From Promethearchaeati archaeon SRVP18_Atabeyarchaeia-1 (GTDB taxonomy: Archaea; Asgardarchaeota; Atabeyarchaeia; Atabeyarchaeales; Atabeyarchaeaceae): 64,000 bases of DNA. The position numbers and the translations under genes are program-made. Shown here piece by piece: positions 28,780 through 39,339 of this stretch (positions are counted from its first letter, which is position 1; every line of letters starts with the position of its first letter). The notes beneath the pieces are model-generated. The model did no database searches. It saw nothing but the letters and a program-made list of their open reading frames with translations, and was not told the origin of the DNA. Where the stretch lies: the NCBI GenBank assembly GCA_037308085.1, contig CP147779.1, positions 2,688,001 through 2,752,000 of the forward strand. Direction: 5' to 3'.

Positions 28780-28950
28780 GTGTGACTCTCGGCGGGATCA
28801 TTCTTCTCTGTGTCCCGCTGTTGTTGACCTTTGCTGGGGTGCCTTCTGGAGTTGGACACCTCAGCGCTTCGAGCTTATGTGTTCCTTCTATAACTCGGTA
28901 ATCGAAAGCATCAATCTCCACTGAACGTACGGGGAGATCGGTGTTAAGCA

Positions 28951-29712
28951 TTACGTCGGTTTCGATTGGCTGGGATCTCGCTGCTGCGATTCTTCCAGTA
29001 GTCGTAGCAGGGGAATCTCCCGGATCTGCTTCGCAGAGAGGAGACCCCACGATATTCCCCTTGGCCTCCGCATTTCTGTCCTCGTCTCGATTAGGCGGGT
29101 TGGAGTGGCTATGTAGTCCAGTGGCATATCGTGGCTGGGATCCATTGGGACCCAGACGACAACCTGGAGATCGTGAACCGTTGTGGCTATCGGAGTTGCT
29201 TCAGCTATGCATTTGAATTCCCTAAGTAGGGCGTACTCGAGATCCGAGTACCCGCCGCCCTTCCCTACGCGCCCCCCGCCGACCGTGACCGCCACGGAAC
29301 CAGTGACCTTGAAGTCAATCTTGAGACTGGATGGACCCACGCGTTCTCCGTATTTGAAGGCACCTGAGATTGTTGAAGCCTCAGCGTATTGCCTGGAATT
29401 TATCTCGTCAGGGTTCAGCAGAACAAAGTCTTCTCGCAATCGTGGTGAAGCCATCACGAGCGTCTTGCCTTCCTTCAGTATGATCGAGCGGACCGATCGC
29501 TGAGGAGAGTCGGGGCAACAGAAAACAGTCTTAGCGCCTTTGAAGGCTTCGATTTCCCTGATTTTCTGAGCCGCAAGATCGGCTCCCTCGAAATTGGGTA
29601 TCCTACCATACACGGGTTTTGGGAACCGCGCAACATTAGCCCTCTCCATTTCCGACCAGATCCCTCTCCGTATCTCCTGTTTCTGTCTGCTGATGACGTC
29701 TCCATTTCCCAT
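28951..29712 (-). CDS. 5-formyltetrahydrofolate cyclo-ligase (archaeal/MTHFSD-like)
   Basis: RIPNFEGA, PDSPQ, GSVAV...G.R.GKGGGYSDLE, TTVHDLQ, HD.P.D.IATP. Confidence 0.9.
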   Translation of the reverse strand: MGNGDVISRQKQEIRRGIWSEMERANVARFPKPVYGRIPNFEGADLAAQKIREIEAFKGAKTVFCCPDSPQRSVRSIILKEGKTLVMASPRLREDFVLLNPDEINSRQYAEASTISGAFKYGERVGPSSLKIDFKVTGSVAVTVGGGRVGKGGGYSDLEYALLREFKCIAEATPIATTVHDLQVVVWVPMDPSHDMPLDYIATPTRLIETRTEMRRPRGISWGLLSAKQIREIPLLRLLEESQQRDPSQSKPT

Positions 29713-29746
29713 AGGTGCAGCCTCCTGCGTGATTATGGGGGACCTT

Positions 29747-30787
29747 TCACGTTTCAGTAGTTACCTTTGTGAGGTTTCGGGGGTTGTCGGGGTTTATCCC
29801 TTTCTTGGCGGCGATATGGGCCGCTAGGAGTTGGAGGGGCACTATGCTTGGTATTGGGGCTAGATGGCGGGCTACCGGCGGGATAAGAATGGTTGAACCA
29901 GCCTTGTCTCCAATAGAAATGGTCGTGGCGCCGGTGGGTCTGATATCTTCAAGAAGCCTTTGCGTAGTGTCATCAGACCTATCCGAATTGGTGAATGCTA
30001 TCAGCGAAGTTCCGGGTTCCAGCATCGACTTTGGGCCGTGTCGAAACTCTGGCGATGGAAACGCCTCCGCGTGCACCAAGGCTGCCTCCTTGAGTTTCAA
30101 GCTTGCCTCGAGGGCGGTTGCGTAGCTAGGTCCGCGCCCGACAATGAAGGCTGATCTATTCTCTTTGAGCTGTTCTGCCAGTTCTTTGATCTTGGGTTCA
30201 GAGGTTCTGATTGTCTCCTCCACCACTGCGGGTATCCTATGCAGTGTTGAAGCACCTGCTTTGTTTTGGCGGAGCGCCTCGGCAAGGCTGAATATCCCTG
30301 CCAATAGCGCCGTGTACGTCTTTGTCATCGGAACTGCTATCTCTTTTCCAGCCTTCGTCACTATAGCATTTTCGCTGAGACCGACAAGCGTGCTCTTCTT
30401 CTCATTGGTGACTGCAAGAACTGAACAGCCATCCTCGAGCGCTTGTCCTACTGCCGTCAGTACATCGCCAGTTTCCCCGGATTGTGAGATGGCGATAATG
30501 ATGTCTCCCGTCTTTCTTGTTTCGAAGTCTCTGAACTCCGACGCAGGGTACGCGACACTTGGAATGCCTGCGCAGACTCTGAGAGCGTGCTTACCCGCTA
30601 TTGCAGCATGGTACGATGTCCCGCAACCAATCAAGAAGATGCTTGACCTATTCTTCTTCCGTTTCGCGTCAAACACTTGGCTGACAGTCTCAGCTTGCAC
30701 AGCTACAGAATCGATTGTTTCGCGAAGAGTTTGCGGCTGTTCCTTGATTTCGCGCAGCATTGCCGACCTACCAACATCCACTGGCAA
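29747..30787 (-). CDS. SIS-domain sugar-phosphate isomerase/aminotransferase (GlmS C-terminal-like)
   Basis: EIKEQP, GCGTSYHA, SQSGET, LKLKE, EFRHGP, NPDNPRNLTK. Confidence 0.9.
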   Translation of the reverse strand: MPVDVGRSAMLREIKEQPQTLRETIDSVAVQAETVSQVFDAKRKKNRSSIFLIGCGTSYHAAIAGKHALRVCAGIPSVAYPASEFRDFETRKTGDIIIAISQSGETGDVLTAVGQALEDGCSVLAVTNEKKSTLVGLSENAIVTKAGKEIAVPMTKTYTALLAGIFSLAEALRQNKAGASTLHRIPAVVEETIRTSEPKIKELAEQLKENRSAFIVGRGPSYATALEASLKLKEAALVHAEAFPSPEFRHGPKSMLEPGTSLIAFTNSDRSDDTTQRLLEDIRPTGATTISIGDKAGSTILIPPVARHLAPIPSIVPLQLLAAHIAAKKGINPDNPRNLTKVTTET

Positions 30788-30802
30788 TTCTCTTGGTTCA
30801 CC

Positions 30803-32092
30803 TCACCTGCACCAAGCTATTATGACTCCGCATAGGAGCTTTGTTGCGTCTATCAGCTCCTGGACTTCAACACACTCTTCTATCTGGTGAGCAGACGCAT
30901 CCATGTCCCCAGGACCAAACATAACCGCGGGAGTGCCGTGGCCATTGAGATGGTACATGTCGCTCCAAGCTTGGAACCCAATGACCTCCGGCGCGCGACC
31001 TCCGAAGAGAGTTGCGTGGACACTGCTAATAGTCGATACCAAGGGATGGTCGGCGGGCGTACTCGAAGGCGGCAGGTCATAGAGAAACTCAACTTTGGGG
31101 GGATGTTCTTTCAGCCATGGATCATTCTGCGAGTAGTCAAGAACCCATTCTCTGAGTTGCCCCTTAACTCTGGAACCTGCACCCACTTCATCGGCCTCGC
31201 TCGGCAGATATTTCACGTCTATGTCTATAGTACACTTTGGTGGAACTATGTTGACTTGATCCCCTGCCTGGAACTTTCCCGCCAAGATTGTTGGTTTCTC
31301 TAGCAAAGGATGTGGCTCGACATGCTCCCTGCGGTATTGTTCGAGAAGCGATAGCTGGCGCAGAACATCGACGCCTTTCTCAAGCGCGCTGACTCCCTCG
31401 TCCTTTCGTGAGGCGTGAGCGGCTTTGCCTATGATCTCTATTCGACCTATCAAGACGCCCCTGTGTGTGGTGCATATTCTCAGTTTGGTAGGCTCAGCGA
31501 CTATGGCTGCATCGGCAGAGTATCCCTTGGCTGCGCATGCAAGACTTCCATTTCCGCCACCCTCCTCATCGACAACACTCTCAAAAAGGACTTTCCCCTC
31601 AATCACGGTCACCGCCTGCGCGCACTTGGCAGCCATGAGGAGCGCTGCCAAGCCACTCTTCATGTCTGCCGCACCCCTTCCGTAGATCTTGCCTCCGTCA
31701 AGCTCTCCCCCAAACGGGTCATGTTCCCAAAGCTCACGTGGACCTGTGGAGACAGTGTCGATATGACCATTAAGTATGATTGACTTTCCAGCGCCGTGCC
31801 CGAGCATTCCGACAACGTTCTGCCTCCCAGCATACCTGTTCACCCAATCCTGTGTCGGCACGTATCCTCCCAGATCTGCCAGCTTCTCCTCATCGGGCTC
31901 AAATAAGTCGATGTTTCCAAAACCCACTTCTTCCATTTTCTTGGCGATGTATTCCTGTCCCCTTTTCTCGCTTCCGATTCTAAGTGACGGGTTATTTGTC
32001 GTATCTATTCTGAGGAGATCTCTGCAGACTTCAATGACCTCATGCCTGTTCCTCTCGACTTCTTTAAAGGCTTTCAGGATCAAGTCCCTCAA
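30803..32092 (-). CDS. ArgE/DapE family (M20) deacylase
   Basis: NGHIDTV, GRGAADMK, DEE, GPG...AH..EE. Confidence 0.9.
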   Translation of the reverse strand: MRDLILKAFKEVERNRHEVIEVCRDLLRIDTTNNPSLRIGSEKRGQEYIAKKMEEVGFGNIDLFEPDEEKLADLGGYVPTQDWVNRYAGRQNVVGMLGHGAGKSIILNGHIDTVSTGPRELWEHDPFGGELDGGKIYGRGAADMKSGLAALLMAAKCAQAVTVIEGKVLFESVVDEEGGGNGSLACAAKGYSADAAIVAEPTKLRICTTHRGVLIGRIEIIGKAAHASRKDEGVSALEKGVDVLRQLSLLEQYRREHVEPHPLLEKPTILAGKFQAGDQVNIVPPKCTIDIDVKYLPSEADEVGAGSRVKGQLREWVLDYSQNDPWLKEHPPKVEFLYDLPPSSTPADHPLVSTISSVHATLFGGRAPEVIGFQAWSDMYHLNGHGTPAVMFGPGDMDASAHQIEECVEVQELIDATKLLCGVIIAWCR

Positions 32093-32232
32093 TCACAGCA
32101 TCGCCTACCTCTTTTCTACTGCTGGCTTCAGTATCTTGTAGGGATCCTTGGCAAATATAACCTAACATGGTGTTTTGCGAAGCAAACCACCACGTATTGA
32201 TGTAGATGGCTTCAAACAGGAGTTGATTCAAG

Positions 32233-32871
32233 GTGCGCGACGCCAAAATGAACTTGCCCTGCAACAGAAACGTTAATAGCTTTGTCTTCCGGAGCAGTTT
32301 GCGGAGGGATTGGGGTCTGCAGGGTAGAAGTTTCCAAAAGCTGGTTGCTCTGAACGCCGTATTCCTTGTTATGTACGCTATTACGGACTATTCTGCGTGG
32401 ACCACGGTGTCCAACATCCCGTACATAACGCATCTCTTCTGGAGCCCCATTGTGATTTCATTCAGCTGGAGCAACCCGCCCAGCAGTAGCGGACTGATTA
32501 GTGGACCTAATTTGAGCTTTGAGTTTCTTATGGCCATGGTGGTAGCCAACCTGGCGCTGGCACACGAAGATGCTCCAAGATATCTTCTTGCTGACTCAGC
32601 GCTCCTGTTAGCTTATGTTCCCGCCAATTTCTACGGTTGGAGCCACATAATCTCGTATGTTTCGCCACTTCAATCTGGTCTACAATGGAATCCTTTGTCT
32701 ATTCAGATTGGGTGGGGCTCTTCTCTGGGCGGCGTCATCACAGACGGAGTCATATTCCTCCCTAACCTGACTCTGATAATCGCACTTGCGCTGGCGATAG
32801 TGAATATGGCATATACGCGCAGAGCTATGCAGCTACCCCCGAAGATGAAAAATGTGATAGGAAAAATATAG
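32233..32871 (+). CDS. Hypothetical membrane protein with an internal duplication
   Basis: Two similar halves (W.P..I...W...PNL); start uncertain. Confidence 0.55.
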   Translation: MRDAKMNLPCNRNVNSFVFRSSLRRDWGLQGRSFQKLVALNAVFLVMYAITDYSAWTTVSNIPYITHLFWSPIVISFSWSNPPSSSGLISGPNLSFEFLMAMVVANLALAHEDAPRYLLADSALLLAYVPANFYGWSHIISYVSPLQSGLQWNPLSIQIGWGSSLGGVITDGVIFLPNLTLIIALALAIVNMAYTRRAMQLPPKMKNVIGKI

Positions 32872-32879
32872 GCGGGGGA

Positions 32880-33830
32880 CTATACCTCTGACGGGGTCTC
32901 TTCGAGCCGCGCTGTGAACTTGCCCTTTTGTCTACCGCGCACAACTGTCAAAGAGATCTCGTCGCCGACGTTCCTATCCTCGAGGTGCGCCACTAGGTCT
33001 GACATGGATTTGAGTTCAGAGCCCTCGACCTCAACAATGGAGTCGCCCGCCGCTATACCAGCCTCATATGCGGGACTGCCCCTAAGCACTCTTGCAACCA
33101 GTACACCCTTCGATACGCTGAGCTTGTAGTAGTTCGCTAGGCTGGTGGTGATGTCAACGCCCACCACGCCGAGCCATGGCCTCTTATATGATCCGTATTT
33201 CAGTACCCTGTTGAGAATTCTTTTCGCCGCGTTGATTGGTATTGCAAACCCTATGCCTTGAGCAAAGGGGATGATTGCAGTGTTAATGGCTATCACTTTC
33301 GCACCGATGTCTATCAGGGGACCCCCACTGTTACCGGGGTTGATGGCAGCATCGGTCTGCACAAGGTTCTCAAGGTTACCTCTATCAGATTGGATCGTTC
33401 TGCTTACGGCGCTTATCACCCCCTTCGTCACGGTGGCGCCGCCGGTCAGGCGGAAGGGAACACCTATTGCGATCACTGTCTGCCCGATTCTGAGGGTGTC
33501 TGAGTCGCCCAGCTCTGCCGCCGGCAGACCTTTGCCTTCAATCTTCAGGACAGCGCTGTCAATTGCTGGATCTTCTCCGACGACCTTGGCATCCAGAACC
33601 TTTCCATCAGGTGTCATTACCTGAATCCTTCTGGCGCCAGTGACAACGTGCCTGCTTGTGAGTATGTAGCCTTTTGAGTCGGCGATAAGGCCTGAGCCTA
33701 CTCCTTCAACAGGGTGAGCTCTGTAGAAGTAGTCCTCGACAAGTTGCACTGTGCTTACCATGACTGCACTCGGCAGGATCTTCTCACATGCCTTGATCAC
33801 TGCATCTTCTTCCGACAAGTTGGGATTCAC
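32880..33830 (-). CDS. HtrA/DegP-like serine protease with a PDZ domain
   Basis: GSG, T..HVV, D.A.LK, QTDAAINPGNSGGP, PWLG PDZ domain. Confidence 0.93.
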   Translation of the reverse strand: MNPNLSEEDAVIKACEKILPSAVMVSTVQLVEDYFYRAHPVEGVGSGLIADSKGYILTSRHVVTGARRIQVMTPDGKVLDAKVVGEDPAIDSAVLKIEGKGLPAAELGDSDTLRIGQTVIAIGVPFRLTGGATVTKGVISAVSRTIQSDRGNLENLVQTDAAINPGNSGGPLIDIGAKVIAINTAIIPFAQGIGFAIPINAAKRILNRVLKYGSYKRPWLGVVGVDITTSLANYYKLSVSKGVLVARVLRGSPAYEAGIAAGDSIVEVEGSELKSMSDLVAHLEDRNVGDEISLTVVRGRQKGKFTARLEETPSEV

Positions 33831-34189
33831 TACTCTTCACTCTCAATCTGAGTTGTTTTCCAGCCCATGTCTAGTGCAATCTTTCAATTGTCCGACATAA
33901 TAAATGTTTCCAGAAAGGGGCATCCTGCATGCCTCGGAATAGCAGATATGCAATCCTTGCCCCGCCCGGCGTCAATGGCCGACACAATCGCGCCGATAGC
34001 CTCAATGCTGCACATTGTAGAAGCAGTTGTACAGAATTGAACAAGACAAACTATTTCTGTCTGCAATATCATTAAGACTTATATACCAATTTGAACCGAA
34101 TGAATTCAGTGAGTGCGAGATAATCGTTCGCGCGCGATCTTCAGGGTCAACCAAAGGTTCTGAAGAATTAGCCTCAAGGTGAAGTAACA

Positions 34190-35728
34190 GTGTTGTATAG
34201 CGAGAAAGTAATGGATCACTTCAGAAACCCACGCAACGTGGGGGAGATCAAGGACGCTGATGGAATCGGTAAGGTTGGAAATCCCGTTTGCCTAGCGGGG
34301 AACGAGAAGATCAATCTAAATGATACATTCATAGCGATTAGCAGAATCCCCGACGAAGAAGAAAGAGTTCTGGGTCATAATGGCGAATACAGCAATATAC
34401 TCAAGAAGTTTAGGAGAACGTATGACGGAGAAATCTTAACTCTAAGAAACAAACTCGGATCAGTTTCCTTGACACCAGAGCACCTTGTTCTGGCTGCGAA
34501 GCTCCCGAAGGGAGATAGGTTTCTCAGAACAAGTGGCAAAAAGACTCCATATCATGATTGGTATCACGCAAGCGAGTTAAAGAAAGGTGACATAGCTCTC
34601 TACCCGATCTTGAAGGAAGTAAGAGACGTTGACAACATCGAAATCGATGTGGGAAAATCAGAACATGATTTCAAGAGCAAAGAGATCCCAGGAATAATCC
34701 CCGTTAATGGAGACTTCCTGAGGCTTTGTGGGCTTTTCTTATCTGAAGGTCACGCAAGAGATGCCCCTTCAAAGACTTACATCGGCTTCACATTGAACCT
34801 CAAAGAGAAGGACATTGCTGAAGACATCAAGAATATTGCAGGAATGCTTTGGGGCATTGAACCCAAGACCAAAGAGAGAGCAAGAAGCCTTGAATTGTTC
34901 ATATACAATGCAACTCTGGCAAGATTCTTCAAGAAACTATTCGGAGTTCATGCAGAGCACAAGAAGATACCCCAGTTCATGATGATATTGCCCCCAGTGA
35001 AGCAAAGGGAATTGATAAGGGGACTTTGGCTTGGCGATGGCTACGTCAACCTCAAGAGGCAAACACCTCGGGCGGGCTACTCCACGATATCCTACCAATT
35101 GGCACAGCAGTTGAAGACGTTGCTGATGAGACAGAGAATCGTCCATTCTCTCTATATGGAACCGAAGAAGACAAAGAACGGAGTAATTCACAAAGAAGCA
35201 TATAGAATTCACATAGGTGACAAGGAATCATTGAGAAGACTCTGTGAAATCCTTGGAACTAAGTTCAACTACAATAGACCTGAAAAAGTTCATTCTTGGT
35301 TTGACACCAACTACTTCTACACTCCAATAACCCAAATTGAAAAGAGACATGTTGCAGCGGACATTTACAACCTTGAGGTTGAGAACAGTCACTCGTTCAC
35401 AGGTGAGGCATTCTGCTTTCATAACTGTGGCGACTTGATGTGGATCTACATCAAGGTCAGCAAGGATGCTAACGGTGTGGAGCGGCTATCAGATATAAAG
35501 TTTAAGACCTTTGGGTGTGGAGCAGCCATTGCTACCAGCAGTATGATAACGGAACTAGCTAGGGGGAAGACCTTGGAGGAAGCAATGAAAATCACGCGTG
35601 AAGATGTCGCATCAAGCTTAGATGGACTCCCTCCCATCAAAATGCATTGCAGCAATCTTGCCTCGGATGGGCTGAAGGCTGCAATCGAAGATTACTTGTC
35701 GAAGAAGAAGGCGGCAAAGAAGAACTAG
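34190..35728 (+). CDS. iscU: IscU/NifU Fe-S scaffold protein containing an intein
   Basis: YSEKVMDHF.NPRN.G...GNPV|CGD...KFKTFGCG.AIA...LPPIKMHCS. Confidence 0.92.
   Translation: MLYSEKVMDHFRNPRNVGEIKDADGIGKVGNPVCLAGNEKINLNDTFIAISRIPDEEERVLGHNGEYSNILKKFRRTYDGEILTLRNKLGSVSLTPEHLVLAAKLPKGDRFLRTSGKKTPYHDWYHASELKKGDIALYPILKEVRDVDNIEIDVGKSEHDFKSKEIPGIIPVNGDFLRLCGLFLSEGHARDAPSKTYIGFTLNLKEKDIAEDIKNIAGMLWGIEPKTKERARSLELFIYNATLARFFKKLFGVHAEHKKIPQFMMILPPVKQRELIRGLWLGDGYVNLKRQTPRAGYSTISYQLAQQLKTLLMRQRIVHSLYMEPKKTKNGVIHKEAYRIHIGDKESLRRLCEILGTKFNYNRPEKVHSWFDTNYFYTPITQIEKRHVAADIYNLEVENSHSFTGEAFCFHNCGDLMWIYIKVSKDANGVERLSDIKFKTFGCGAAIATSSMITELARGKTLEEAMKITREDVASSLDGLPPIKMHCSNLASDGLKAAIEDYLSKKKAAKKN
34289..35425 (+). 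mobile_element. 379-aa intein with a LAGLIDADG homing endonuclease
   Basis: N-terminal CL, block B TPEH, GLFLSEG and GLWLGDG LAGLIDADG motifs, YNLEV..HSF...HN|C. Confidence 0.93.
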
Positions 35729-35771
35729 TACTCTTTCTCTCGGTGCGTGCATCGGCGAGATACTATGCCGA

Positions 35772-36839
35772 CTAGCCTCCGCTCGTGATTAGATTCATAA
35801 TCTCGTTGTATACGGCCATAGCCTCCTCATTGCTCTCGGCTCCTTTGACGAGCATGTTTCCCCCTCTCATTAGGCTGACCGAAATTCTATCGCTGAAGTT
35901 GAGTGTGACTCCGTAGCTCGCGATTACTTTCACCTTGAATTTCCTAGTTAGAATTTCGCCAGCTGACTTTATGTCAATTGGGGCTCCTTGGTTCTGGGTC
36001 ACCATGAAGCTTTCCCTGCCACAGAGCTCACTTATCTTACCGTCCTTGCCCTTTAGCGACATAGGCTCCGAGCCAGTGAGAGGGTTGGTGGCTTGCGCAC
36101 CACAGACCTTGCAGTCGATTCTCCTCGCCACGTTGAATACGTCAAAACTCACCGTGGCGAGGTCACAGTAGAGGATCTTGTTGGCCAGGAGAGGCTCTTC
36201 TTTCAATATCAACCGCAGAGTTTCGTTGACTTGGATGCTCGCAACCACGTTGATTATGGGAGGTATAACACCTACTCGTTCACATGTTGGAGTGATGGAA
36301 TCATCAGCGTTGTGGAACAAGCATTCGAGGCACGGCGTTTTGCCCGGGATTATGGTTGTGGCATTCCCGTAAGTTTCAATTGCCCCTCCAAAAACGTATG
36401 GCGTGTTCAACCTCACACATGCCTTGTTAACGGCGAATCTTGAGGAAAACCTGTCGAAGGCGTCTACAACAATGTCCATCCCCTTTACAATGTCTTCTGC
36501 ATTGTCCTCGTTGACGGAAGTTGCTATTGGGTCCACTTTCACGTTCGGGTTTAGGTCCTGAAGCCTCTTTGCCGCGATCTCGACCTTGGGGTACCCTATC
36601 GAGTGCACATCGTAGATCAACTGTCTTTGGAGATTTGTGGTTTCCACGACGTCCCTATCAACTATCCTGAGGTGACCCACGCCCATTCCCGCCAGCTGAA
36701 GCGATGAGACAGATCCCAGTCCTCCTAGCCCCATTACGCAAACCTTGGCAGACTTGACCTTGAGTTGTCCTCCCTCCCCGAAGTTGCGTAGGACAATCTG
36801 GCGGGAGTATCGTTCAAGCTCATCTTTGGTTAGCGGCAA
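35772..36839 (-). CDS. ThiF/MoeB family adenylyltransferase
   Basis: RYSRQ, GLGGLG, DRD.VE.TNLQRQ, two CxxC motifs. Confidence 0.92.
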   Translation of the reverse strand: MPLTKDELERYSRQIVLRNFGEGGQLKVKSAKVCVMGLGGLGSVSSLQLAGMGVGHLRIVDRDVVETTNLQRQLIYDVHSIGYPKVEIAAKRLQDLNPNVKVDPIATSVNEDNAEDIVKGMDIVVDAFDRFSSRFAVNKACVRLNTPYVFGGAIETYGNATTIIPGKTPCLECLFHNADDSITPTCERVGVIPPIINVVASIQVNETLRLILKEEPLLANKILYCDLATVSFDVFNVARRIDCKVCGAQATNPLTGSEPMSLKGKDGKISELCGRESFMVTQNQGAPIDIKSAGEILTRKFKVKVIASYGVTLNFSDRISVSLMRGGNMLVKGAESNEEAMAVYNEIMNLITSGG

Positions 36840-36845
36840 ACGAAT

Positions 36846-37412
36846 TCACTTCCATCTTTCAAAGAGTTTGTGTTCTATTCCCAAGGCATCGAGGATCTTA
36901 CCGATGGTGTAGTTGATTATATCGTCGAGTGTTCTTGGCCTATGGTAGAATGCAGGTACGGGCGGAAGTACCACCGCTCCTGCCTCAGACAATGTGAGCA
37001 TGTTTCTCAGGTGAATATTGCTCAATGGGGTTTCCCTGGGAACGACAATTAGTCTGCGTCTCTCCTTTAGGGCTACATCTGCTGCACGCGCGATGAGGTT
37101 ATCTGAGTAGCCGCTGGCAATAGAGGCAAGTGTTTTCATTGAGCACGGGACAATCACCATTCCATCAGTCAAAAAGGAGCCGCTGGCGATTGGAGCTGCA
37201 ATGTCTTCAGGCTCGAAGTACCGTGCCACTTTCTTCGATAGGGCTTCTGGTGTGGTTGAGGTCTCGAGCGCCAGTATCTTCTTGGCAGCGTCGCTAATTA
37301 CAAGGTATGTCTCAATATCCTCTTGGTACTGATGGAGGTACTCAACCATCTTGACGCCATAAATAACGCCAGATGTGCCTGTGATTGCTATTATCAGTCT
37401 CTTGACTACCAT
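36846..37412 (-). CDS. ubiX: Flavin prenyltransferase
   Basis: ITGTSG..YG, ASGS, PCSMKTL, RAADV.LKERR, RETP, PAFY. Confidence 0.93.
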   Translation of the reverse strand: MVVKRLIIAITGTSGVIYGVKMVEYLHQYQEDIETYLVISDAAKKILALETSTTPEALSKKVARYFEPEDIAAPIASGSFLTDGMVIVPCSMKTLASIASGYSDNLIARAADVALKERRRLIVVPRETPLSNIHLRNMLTLSEAGAVVLPPVPAFYHRPRTLDDIINYTIGKILDALGIEHKLFERWK

Positions 37413-37452
37413 TCCCTCTATTCCTCCGACATACATGATACGTTGAGCATTT

Positions 37453-37959
37453 TCATTCTTGAGCCCACTCGAAGCTTCCGTGCTTCTTGAAGTGAGCTAC
37501 AAGGCCACCATCCTCGAATATCCTTTCCAGGAAAGGCGGGATAGGTTTTATTCCCCATGATTTGCCTGTTCTCGCATTCTTGATCGTCCTGGCTGAGGGG
37601 TCGATGAACAACCTATCGCCTTCTGCGGTTCCATCGTATGCTTTGTCGCATTCAAATATCGGGAAAGCTATGTTGATGGAGTTCCTATAGAATATTCTTG
37701 CAAATGATCTAGCGACAACTGACGCGATGCCGAACTCCTTTAGGACATGAGGAGCTTGCTCTCGGCTTGATCCACAGCCGAAGTTACTTCCGGCGACAAT
37801 TATGTCTCCAGACCTTGCCTTCTTTGCGAAGTTTGGGTCGGAGCCCTCCATAGCGTGCCTTGCCAGCGCAGCCATATCCATGGTGCCGAGCTTGTATTTT
37901 GCGGGTATTATCTCGTCAGTGTTGACGTTGTCTCCGAATCTCCAGACTCGGCCTTCCAT
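37453..37959 (-). CDS. 3-isopropylmalate dehydratase/homoaconitase small subunit
   Basis: [31 protein letters not shown]; start placed at MEGRVW. Confidence 0.9.
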   Translation of the reverse strand: MEGRVWRFGDNVNTDEIIPAKYKLGTMDMAALARHAMEGSDPNFAKKARSGDIIVAGSNFGCGSSREQAPHVLKEFGIASVVARSFARIFYRNSINIAFPIFECDKAYDGTAEGDRLFIDPSARTIKNARTGKSWGIKPIPPFLERIFEDGGLVAHFKKHGSFEWAQE

Positions 37960-37976
37960 TTTCTTCAGAGGAATCG

Positions 37977-39242
37977 CTATTTCATCTCCCTTGGATCGGT
38001 TATCTTGCCTGTCAGCGCAGAGGCTGCGGCGGTTGCTGGGGAACAGAGGTAGATCGATGCGTCGGCGCATCCCATACGCCCTTTGAAATTCCGGTTTGCA
38101 GTCGAGAGGCAAATCTCTCCTGGTCCGAGTACCCCTAGGTGGCTCCCAATGCAGGGACCACAGGTGGGGTTGCAGACTGTGCATCCTGCCTCGGCGAAGA
38201 GTTGCAGCAATCCTTGTTCAGCTGCTTGAATGTAGATCTCTCTTGAAGCAGGTATGACGATGGTTCTAACACCTTTCTTCACTTTTCTGCGCTGGATGAT
38301 TCTTGCAGCAACCTGTAGGTCTTCGATTGAACCGTTGGTGCACGACCCGAGGAAAACCTGGTTGATCTCCACGTTTCCAACCTCGGTGATAGGCTTGACG
38401 TTGTCTACGGCGTGAGGGCAAGCTATCTGCGGTTCAAGGTTCGTGACTTCAAACCTTCGTTCCTCCTTGTAGTATGCATCATGGTCACTAACGACTAGGT
38501 TCGAGTTTTCGCCTCGGGAGTGATTCTTCAAGTAGGCTACGGTGGTTTTATCGGGCGCGACTAGACCCGCCTTTGCACCCATCTCCACAGTCATGTTGCA
38601 CAGGGTTGATCTGCCGTCAACACTTATTTCTGAGATGTAGTCTCCCGTGAATTCTATTGCCTGATATGTGGCACCGTCTGCCCCGACTTTCCCCGCGATA
38701 TGAAGGATGACGTCTTTAGGGAGGACCATCCTGCTTGGGGTGCCAGTTATCTCGAATTTCACCGTGTCTGGGACTTTGAACCAAAGCTTGCCTGAAATCA
38801 TTGCAGCGGCAGCTTCAGTTGAGCCAATCCCAGTCGAGAACGCCCCCACGGCACCGTAGGTGCAGGTATGTGAATCGGCGCCAACAATAAGCATCCCAGG
38901 CAAGGCGTGTCTCTCGAGCATGACTCTATGGCAGATTCCGCTCGCAACGTCATAGAAGTTCGTCAAGCCCTGCTCTTTAGCAAAGCTCCTAATGAGGTTG
39001 TGAGTTGCAGATATCTCTTCATTTTGACTCGGAGCAATATGATCAATAAAGAGAACGACTCTCTCGGGGTTCCAGACTTTTTCTCCGCCCATTTCTCTGA
39101 AGAACCTTATTGCGAGCGGGGCCGTCCCGTCGTTAGCCATAACGTAATCTAGGTTTGCGACGACGATGTCGCCAACGGCGACACTTTTGCCCGAAGCTTT
39201 CTCGAGGATCTTCTCAGAAATGGTCTTGCCCAAGCCATTCAC
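37977..39242 (-). CDS. 3-isopropylmalate dehydratase/homoaconitase large subunit
   Basis: [35 protein letters not shown]. Confidence 0.92.
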   Translation of the reverse strand: MNGLGKTISEKILEKASGKSVAVGDIVVANLDYVMANDGTAPLAIRFFREMGGEKVWNPERVVLFIDHIAPSQNEEISATHNLIRSFAKEQGLTNFYDVASGICHRVMLERHALPGMLIVGADSHTCTYGAVGAFSTGIGSTEAAAAMISGKLWFKVPDTVKFEITGTPSRMVLPKDVILHIAGKVGADGATYQAIEFTGDYISEISVDGRSTLCNMTVEMGAKAGLVAPDKTTVAYLKNHSRGENSNLVVSDHDAYYKEERRFEVTNLEPQIACPHAVDNVKPITEVGNVEINQVFLGSCTNGSIEDLQVAARIIQRRKVKKGVRTIVIPASREIYIQAAEQGLLQLFAEAGCTVCNPTCGPCIGSHLGVLGPGEICLSTANRNFKGRMGCADASIYLCSPATAAASALTGKITDPREMK

Positions 39243-39339
39243 CGGCTCAAATCGTTTTGTACACGTAGAATGTTACCCATTAATTACAGTATGTATGATA
39301 CTATCAGTTGCAGAATACTTGTCGAATCTTATAAAATCG

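Noticed and set aside
37960-38184. N-terminal extension of the LeuD-like ORF
   Set aside because: It overlaps the large-subunit gene, and homology begins at MEGRVW (37959).
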